This document shows positions 14,952 through 20,000 of a stretch of 20,000 bases of DNA, one piece after another (the stretch's first letter is position 1; the number at the start of each line of letters is the position of its first letter). Origin of the DNA: an uncultured virus (IMG/VR IMGVR_UViG_3300011375_000006). Lineage: Duplodnaviria > Heunggongvirae > Uroviricota > Caudoviricetes. The notes beneath the pieces are model-generated. The model worked only from the letters and a program-made list of their open reading frames with translations. It had not been told where the DNA came from and searched no databases. The DNA is taken from IMG/VR virus record IMGVR_UViG_3300011375_000006; one strand, given 5' to 3'. Position numbers and translations under genes: made by a program.

Positions 14952-17603
14952 ATGACGGTCTCGACCGAAGTTAACCACAACGAGTACACAGGCAACGGTG
15001 TCACCACCACTTTCCCTTATGCGTTCAGGATTTTTCAGGCCAGCGACCTTTTGGTCACAACAAGTGATTCCGATGGTGTCTTGCGAACATTGGTGTTGAA
15101 CACAGATTACACTGTCTCTGGTGTAGGTGCGTATTATGGCGGGCATATTGTCCTAAATAAGCCACTTTCAACAGGCTGGAGAATTTCCATAGAGCGATCG
15201 TTAGCTGTCGTTCAGGAAACCGACCTACGTAACCAGGGGAGATTTTTTGCTGAGACGCATGAAAGCGCCTTTGATTATCTCACCATGATTATCCAGCAAT
15301 GTTTTGCATGGACAAGGTTGGCTTTGAAAAAGCCCAATATCCTTGCAAAATATTATGATGCTAAAAATAACAGGATATCAAACCTCGCTAATGGTAACTC
15401 AAGAAACGATGCGGTTAACAAAGGTTATGTTGACGATCTGTTTAATGGTGGCGTAACTCCTCCACCTTACAGCGCTAAAAACGATATTTTTACAAATCAT
15501 CAAAGAAAGATTGTAGCTACGATGCCGCTTCTTTTTCCTGATCATGATGCGATTATGGCTGCTAACCCATCAGCAACTTATATGTATCCTCAAGCATTCT
15601 GCGTTAGCGAAGATTTGATATACATCACTTATCCATTTGAGCCTAAACAGCCGAATAACGTTGTTGCAGTATTTAACATATCTGGTATCTATCAAGGTTA
15701 CTTCTATGTTCAGGCAGGTGGCCCAGGTTTCGCCGCAGAAGGTGTCGTGGTTACGTCAGACTATGGTCCCAAAAAAATGTTTGTTGGCCATACAAACGGA
15801 ATATTGCGTGAGTTTAATCTGGAGGGCGCATCATATGGAAGTAATTTACCTCTTGTACAAAACCACGATGTAGGATTATTCAATCAGTTCAGTTACAGAA
15901 AAGGCATCTGGCTTGTTGAGCAATATTCTCCAGAAATAGGGCAGACAATTACACGTACTGTTCTTGCTATGTTTGACAGTAATTTCAATCGCCTGTCAAC
16001 TATAACGCTCCCGTTGCATGATGTTGGGTATGTAACTGAAAGCACCTCACCTTATGCGCCTTATTTCAACAAGCGGCAGGGTATTGCGGTAGGTGATAAT
16101 TACTTTGTCTGCGGCTATGGCGGCTACATAACCGATGGGGCGGGAAGCGCAGGGTATAACGAATACCAGGGTAGCAAAGTATTCAATCCTGACGGTACAA
16201 AGCGAACTGAATCAATGCTTCATCCTCAGGCTATGATGGATTTAATGAAAGCCGCCGGATTGAACGTCACTCGCATTGAAAATGAAGGGGTGTGCTTATC
16301 AGAGGATGGAAAGTCAATTTATTCTCTCTATATACATCAGGAACGTACTGGGCCAGAACCTTACAATTCAGGTTTGGTAATTTTTGAGGAATATTCAACC
16401 GATAAAAATTCTATTGATTTTTCTTCTGCATCAAGGATGTATCGTGGTTTTGACGTTGACCATGCAAGTATTGGACTATTTCCGCGAAGCGCTCAGGGCA
16501 TCGTTAATCCTGTGGACGGTACGCTATTTACCAACATGACTCAAATTCTGCACTATATGCAGGAGATGAGTCAAAAAGCATTTAATTTCTATACAGGGAC
16601 AGTAAGCATTGCTGATATATCTGGCGCTGCTATACCAGGCAGCACCTACGTTGAAATCCTTAATGCCAACAATCAGACGTTTATCGTTAATTATTATTCA
16701 CCCGATAGTGCAATATATTATATTGTTGCGACTAATGTTTCTGGTGACTTTGTTTTTGTACGTCAGCGACCGGCGCTATGGGCATCTAACTTAACTATTC
16801 AGCAAAACGCAGATCCTAATACAAACCAGTTAAACCGCATCACTGCATCATCATATGCTGGTGCAACTACAAACTCTCAGAAAATATTGGTCCTTGACCA
16901 GCAGGCTACAGCTAGCGCAAATGGTCTGGTGTTGGGAGGGAGTTCTTCTGTGTTTAGGTCTGCAACCACGGTAGATATCGCATGCAACAGCGACCCGACA
17001 GCACTGGGAGGAACCATACGCTGGCGGTTTTATGATACCGGTCTGCGCCCGTTTGCTGATAATACTTATAATTTTGGTCAGCCGTCTTTTCGCATTAAAG
17101 ACGCCTACTTTGCAAACGCCCCAACCGTTTCATCAGACGCCACGCTGAAGACAAATCCCGAGGCAATATCAGATTTGAGTGAAATGCTTTCTTCTGATAA
17201 AGACAGCATTCTTGATGCCTGGGGCGATATTTCTGTAGTGGCTTATCGTTGGCTTGATGCCATATCCATGAAGGGCGAGGGTGCAAGATGGCATTTTGGC
17301 GTCATAGCTCAGCAGGTAAGAGATGTTTTTCTGGCTCACGGAATAGATGGAACCAGATTTGGCCTTCTTTGCTATGACGAGTGGGAAGATATTTTTGAGC
17401 CGATAATGGCAACGGAAGAGATTGTCGATTCTTCGGGTGAGCTTGTCACAGTGGAATATGACACAGGTGAAAAGAAACTGGTGAAAAAAGCTGGAAGCTC
17501 ATGGGGAATTAGACCTGATCAGTGCGCATGGATCGAGGCAGCATATCAGCGTCGCCGCTGTGATCGTATTGAAGAACGCATCCAAAAACTGGAAGAAAAA
17601 TAA
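14952..17603 (+). CDS. Tailspike/receptor-binding protein: T7 gp17-like N-terminal adaptor, central beta-propeller-like region, C-terminal peptidase S74 chaperone
   Basis: Start ATG 14952 (GGAG RBS). YTGNGVTTTFPYAFRIF...ETHESAFDYLTMIIQQ = head-binding domain; SSDATLK...WHFGVIAQQV...YDEWED...GIRPDQ = S74 intramolecular chaperone. Confidence 0.88.
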   Translation: MTVSTEVNHNEYTGNGVTTTFPYAFRIFQASDLLVTTSDSDGVLRTLVLNTDYTVSGVGAYYGGHIVLNKPLSTGWRISIERSLAVVQETDLRNQGRFFAETHESAFDYLTMIIQQCFAWTRLALKKPNILAKYYDAKNNRISNLANGNSRNDAVNKGYVDDLFNGGVTPPPYSAKNDIFTNHQRKIVATMPLLFPDHDAIMAANPSATYMYPQAFCVSEDLIYITYPFEPKQPNNVVAVFNISGIYQGYFYVQAGGPGFAAEGVVVTSDYGPKKMFVGHTNGILREFNLEGASYGSNLPLVQNHDVGLFNQFSYRKGIWLVEQYSPEIGQTITRTVLAMFDSNFNRLSTITLPLHDVGYVTESTSPYAPYFNKRQGIAVGDNYFVCGYGGYITDGAGSAGYNEYQGSKVFNPDGTKRTESMLHPQAMMDLMKAAGLNVTRIENEGVCLSEDGKSIYSLYIHQERTGPEPYNSGLVIFEEYSTDKNSIDFSSASRMYRGFDVDHASIGLFPRSAQGIVNPVDGTLFTNMTQILHYMQEMSQKAFNFYTGTVSIADISGAAIPGSTYVEILNANNQTFIVNYYSPDSAIYYIVATNVSGDFVFVRQRPALWASNLTIQQNADPNTNQLNRITASSYAGATTNSQKILVLDQQATASANGLVLGGSSSVFRSATTVDIACNSDPTALGGTIRWRFYDTGLRPFADNTYNFGQPSFRIKDAYFANAPTVSSDATLKTNPEAISDLSEMLSSDKDSILDAWGDISVVAYRWLDAISMKGEGARWHFGVIAQQVRDVFLAHGIDGTRFGLLCYDEWEDIFEPIMATEEIVDSSGELVTVEYDTGEKKLVKKAGSSWGIRPDQCAWIEAAYQRRRCDRIEERIQKLEEK

Positions 17604-17700
17604 GATACAGGATAGGTAATTATTATCCGAAAATGGTTTATTGTGTATGATGGACCTCATCTTCTAAGGGGGCTATCATGCACAATAAACGGTGGTTATC

Positions 17701-18102
17701 ATGAATACCACGCTCACGGCAGATTCGTTAAATCAAGGATTAAGCCTCAGTGCGCTGGCCTCTGTACTGGCAGGCGTCCCTCCTGAGGTTGCGCTGGGTG
17801 CTCTTGCCGGGGCAGTAATATTTGTTACCTCTGCGGTAGAATATCCAATAAAACGACGACTGCTTTTATCCTTTCTCAGCTTTCTTTGCGGCCTTCTTTT
17901 TTACAAACCCACAGCATCAATTCTCATCGGTGTAGCCAGTTTAATCCCAACCATTACAGCTGATTCATTTGAGCGCGGGATTGTCTTTTCTTCGGGTGCA
18001 TTTGTCGCATCAATTGTCGCTGTTCGGATTGGCATCTGGCTTTATCACCGTTCTGATAACCCACGGGATTTGATCAGGGGGCATGACGATGACCAGTCAT
18101 GA
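17701..18102 (+). CDS. Putative holin/antiholin (multi-TM)
   Basis: 3-4 hydrophobic segments, GALAGAVIFV motif; first gene of lysis cassette. Confidence 0.75.
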   Translation: MNTTLTADSLNQGLSLSALASVLAGVPPEVALGALAGAVIFVTSAVEYPIKRRLLLSFLSFLCGLLFYKPTASILIGVASLIPTITADSFERGIVFSSGAFVASIVAVRIGIWLYHRSDNPRDLIRGHDDDQS

Positions 18103-18370
18103 ATTTTGGCTACTTGCTAATTCGATAATCTGCGGCGCTATCGCATTCCGGGTTCTGCTCTTCCGCCGCCAGGGTTCACGCCACCGGTGGTGGGGTGGAT
18201 GGCTGGCGTACCTGCTTATTGTCGTGGCCGCCAGTGTCCCTATCAGGACGTTCTACGGCTATTACATCTCAGCGGACTGGTCTGAAGTGATTATCAAAGC
18301 TGTGTTCCTGGCTGCCCTGATAAAGACAAAAGGGAACGTGGTGCAAATATTTAAAATGTCGAGGTCATGA
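18089..18370 (+). CDS. Phage holin family protein (3 TM)
   Basis: LLFRRQGSRHRWWGGWLAY...KGNVVQIF pattern; RBS spacing favours ATG 18089 over 18083. Confidence 0.75.
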   Translation: MTSHEFWLLANSIICGAIAFRVLLFRRQGSRHRWWGGWLAYLLIVVAASVPIRTFYGYYISADWSEVIIKAVFLAALIKTKGNVVQIFKMSRS

Positions 18371-18849
18371 TGAAGATTTCCGCAAACGGCCTGGCCGTGG
18401 TTAAAAACTTTGAGTCGTGCAAACTTCAGGCTTATCCGGATCCCGGCACCGGTGGCGCACCGTGGACAATAGGATGGGGCCATACCGGACGCGAAGTTAA
18501 ACCGGGTCTGGTATGGACACAAAAGCAGGCGGATGACACCCTGCTGGCTGACCTGAAACGCTTCGAAGATGGCGTGTCTTCTCTGGTCAGCGTCGAACTT
18601 AAGCAGGGTCAGTTTGATGCGCTGGTCAGCTTCGCTTACAACGTTGGCCTGACCGCGCTGAAGAACTCCACGCTGCTGGAGATGGTCAACAACAAACGAT
18701 TTGATCTGGCGCTGTCGCAGTTCGCGCGCTGGAACAAATCTGGTGGCCGAGTGATGAAAGGGCTGGTCCGCCGTCGCGCCGCCGAAAGCTGGCTGTGGCG
18801 TGATGCATCAGGTAAGGAAGCGATCGCCAAGGGGATCGCAGCAGCATGA
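18370..18849 (+). CDS. Endolysin, GH24 lysozyme
   Basis: FESCKLQAYPDPGTGGAPWTIGWGHT catalytic E-D-T region; QFDALVSFAYNVG and GLVRRRAAE motifs. Confidence 0.93.
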   Translation: MKISANGLAVVKNFESCKLQAYPDPGTGGAPWTIGWGHTGREVKPGLVWTQKQADDTLLADLKRFEDGVSSLVSVELKQGQFDALVSFAYNVGLTALKNSTLLEMVNNKRFDLALSQFARWNKSGGRVMKGLVRRRAAESWLWRDASGKEAIAKGIAAA

Positions 18850-19343
18850 TCGCCGCAATCCTGAAGGCATGGTGGAAACCTATTATCGGTGCAGTTGCTG
18901 CTGTTGTTGTCGTGGTCTGCATCATCGTTGCCTGGAACGTCCACGGTCACAGGCAGTACGACGCCGGTTATGCGCAGGCAAAGGTAGACCAGAAACAGGC
19001 TGATGATAAGGCCAGGTCACAACGTGATCAGGAGAAAACACAAATTGAACGTGAAGCACAATCCCGTATTGACGTGGCGCGTGTTGATGCTGAGCACGCT
19101 AATACCGCTGCTGACGGCCTGCGCGCCGAGCTTGACAAAACCAAGCGACTCGCCGAACACTATACCGGATCTTTCCCCTCTGGCACGCCAGCCAGCAAGG
19201 TCATCGGTGTGCTCGCCGACATGCTTGAAGAAAGCAACGGAGCTTACATCGCAGCAGCAGAAGAGGCTGAGCGATATCGGAGTGCAGGGCTCACATGCGA
19301 GCGACAGTACGACTCCCTGAAACGTGGTACTGATTTCCGGTGA
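18846..19343 (+). CDS. Rz: i-spanin (Rz-like, DUF2514-type)
   Basis: N-terminal TM, coiled-coil periplasmic domain, C-terminal AGLTCERQYDSL; follows the endolysin. Confidence 0.8.
   Translation: MIAAILKAWWKPIIGAVAAVVVVVCIIVAWNVHGHRQYDAGYAQAKVDQKQADDKARSQRDQEKTQIEREAQSRIDVARVDAEHANTAADGLRAELDKTKRLAEHYTGSFPSGTPASKVIGVLADMLEESNGAYIAAAEEAERYRSAGLTCERQYDSLKRGTDFR
19045..19320 (+). CDS. Rz1: o-spanin lipoprotein (Rz1-like) embedded in Rz
   Basis: +1 frame inside Rz; hydrophobic stretch then lipobox LTA-C (Cys codon 19120), Pro/Ser-rich mature part with CSPTC. Start uncertain: TTG 19045 (AGGAG at 19030-19034) or GTG 19051. Confidence 0.7.
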   Translation: MNVKHNPVLTWRVLMLSTLIPLLTACAPSLTKPSDSPNTIPDLSPLARQPARSSVCSPTCLKKATELTSQQQKRLSDIGVQGSHASDSTTP

Positions 19344-19361
19344 CGGTATATAAAACGGTAT
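19343..19361 (+). repeat. Direct repeats ACGGTAT x2, putative integrase arm-type sites
   Basis: ACGGTAT at 19343-19349 and 19355-19361, 60-80 bp inside the att core. Confidence 0.5.
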
Positions 19362-19421
19362 GGCGATTCGCGGTAACAATGATTTATTTTTCAGGTCAAT
19401 AAGTTACATGTGCTGTACATG

Positions 19422-19436
19422 ATTGAGTGGGAATGA
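19422..19436 (+). other. Prophage att core = duplicated 3' end of guaA
   Basis: ATT GAG TGG GAA TGA encodes I-E-W-E-stop, the conserved GuaA C-terminus. Epsilon15-like phages integrate at guaA. The upstream codons are not guaA, so this is the displaced copy. Confidence 0.85.
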
Positions 19437-19483
19437 TTTTCCAAAAGGGATCGTCCTTCACTAACAGGCATTAAAACAAGCTT

Positions 19484-19509
19484 AAGCCCGCGTAATAGCG
19501 GGCTTTTTT
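19484..19509 (+). terminator. Intrinsic terminator just outside the att
   Basis: AAGCCCGC-GTAATA-GCGGGCTT followed by TTTT. Confidence 0.8.
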
Positions 19510-19704
19510 ATTTTTAGCTTAGTCACTGTTGATAATGTCTGACAGTTAACCGAGACGGCTGGCACATAATCGTTGCTGTTTTCAGGCAGGCGATCACAGG
19601 TGCGTAAAGGTTCAAGGTGAAGTGACCTTCTGTACGAACAAAACGACCTCGGTATTTTACAGAAGGATTAATGATTCCTCTGAAGTGCAAGCTAAACTAA
19701 GCGC

Positions 19705-19739
19705 TTGTTGGTGGTCTAAATATAGCCTATATTAAAACC
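19705..19739 (+). promoter_or_regulatory. Promoter and inverted-repeat operator of the Phd/YefM TA operon
   Basis: TTGTTG-17-TATATT overlapped by the near-perfect inverted repeat GGTCTAAATATAG-C-CTATATTAAAACC. Confidence 0.55.
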
Positions 19740-19766
19740 GCTATATGATTATTAGGCGAAAGAATC

Positions 19767-20000
19767 ATGAAAATAGAGACAATCAGCTACGTTAAAAAGA
19801 ACGCAGCAACGCTTGATTTGTCGGAACCCATCCTGGTCACTCAAAATGGTGTGCCTGCTTATGTCATAGAATCTTATGACCAGCAGCAGGAGCGGGAAAA
19901 TGCTATTGCGTTACTGAAATTGCTCACCCTTTCTGAGAAAGATAAAGCTGAAGGGCGCGTGTTCTCGAAAGACCAGTTACTGGATGGAATTGCGGATTAA
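19767..20000 (+). CDS. Type II TA antitoxin, Phd/YefM family
   Basis: 77 aa, stop at 19998-20000; ISYVKKNAA...EPILVTQNGVPAYVIESY is a Phd/YefM N-terminal motif. Confidence 0.88.
   Translation: MKIETISYVKKNAATLDLSEPILVTQNGVPAYVIESYDQQQERENAIALLKLLTLSEKDKAEGRVFSKDQLLDGIAD

Larger units (their letters stand above)
1..19436 (+). mobile_element. Prophage (right part), epsilon15/phiV10/SPC32H-like temperate podovirus integrated at guaA
   Basis: Contiguous head-tail-ejection-tailspike-lysis gene order typical of epsilon15-like phages. Ends at ATTGAGTGGGAATGA (guaA 3' end). Left end is outside the window. Confidence 0.93.

Noticed and set aside
14952..17603. Diversity-generating retroelement target in the tail fibre (as in BPP-1)
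   Set aside because: No reverse transcriptase or TR/VR repeat pair seen in the window; the C-terminus is an S74 chaperone
18083..18091. Dual-start (Met-Thr-Met) holin/antiholin motif
   Set aside because: No charged residue between the Mets, and the first ATG is too close to the RBS
19767..20000. Phd/YefM protein as the cognate antitoxin of the prophage YafO
   Set aside because: Lies outside the att with its own operator and probably its own downstream toxin; no sequence evidence for cross-talk

Overview
Right-hand ~19.4 kb of an epsilon15/phiV10/SPC32H-like temperate podovirus prophage in an enterobacterial chromosome, plus ~0.56 kb of flanking DNA. Order on the + strand: capsid decoration/staple genes, tail tubular A and B, a GNAT-like gene and four internal (ejection) virion proteins (1-12079). 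An accessory/regulatory block follows (12091-14900): a lipoprotein moron, a YafO-family toxin with an atypical upstream partner, a BRO-N::antirepressor fusion under a P1 C4-like antisense RNA cassette, and a stand-alone SPC32H-type antirepressor with a LexA-like box. Then come a tailspike with an S74 chaperone, a holin-holin-lysozyme-Rz/Rz1 lysis cassette, and an att core matching the 3' end of guaA (19422-19436). Beyond the att are a terminator and a Phd/YefM antitoxin. The most interesting part is 12.5-14.9 kb: two paralogous antirepressor domains wired to different inputs (SOS vs antisense RNA), and a toxin operon whose promoter carries the same ATTACC-N5-GGTAAT palindrome found upstream of the antirepressor. 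Family assignments are from recalled motifs and synteny; no searches were run.
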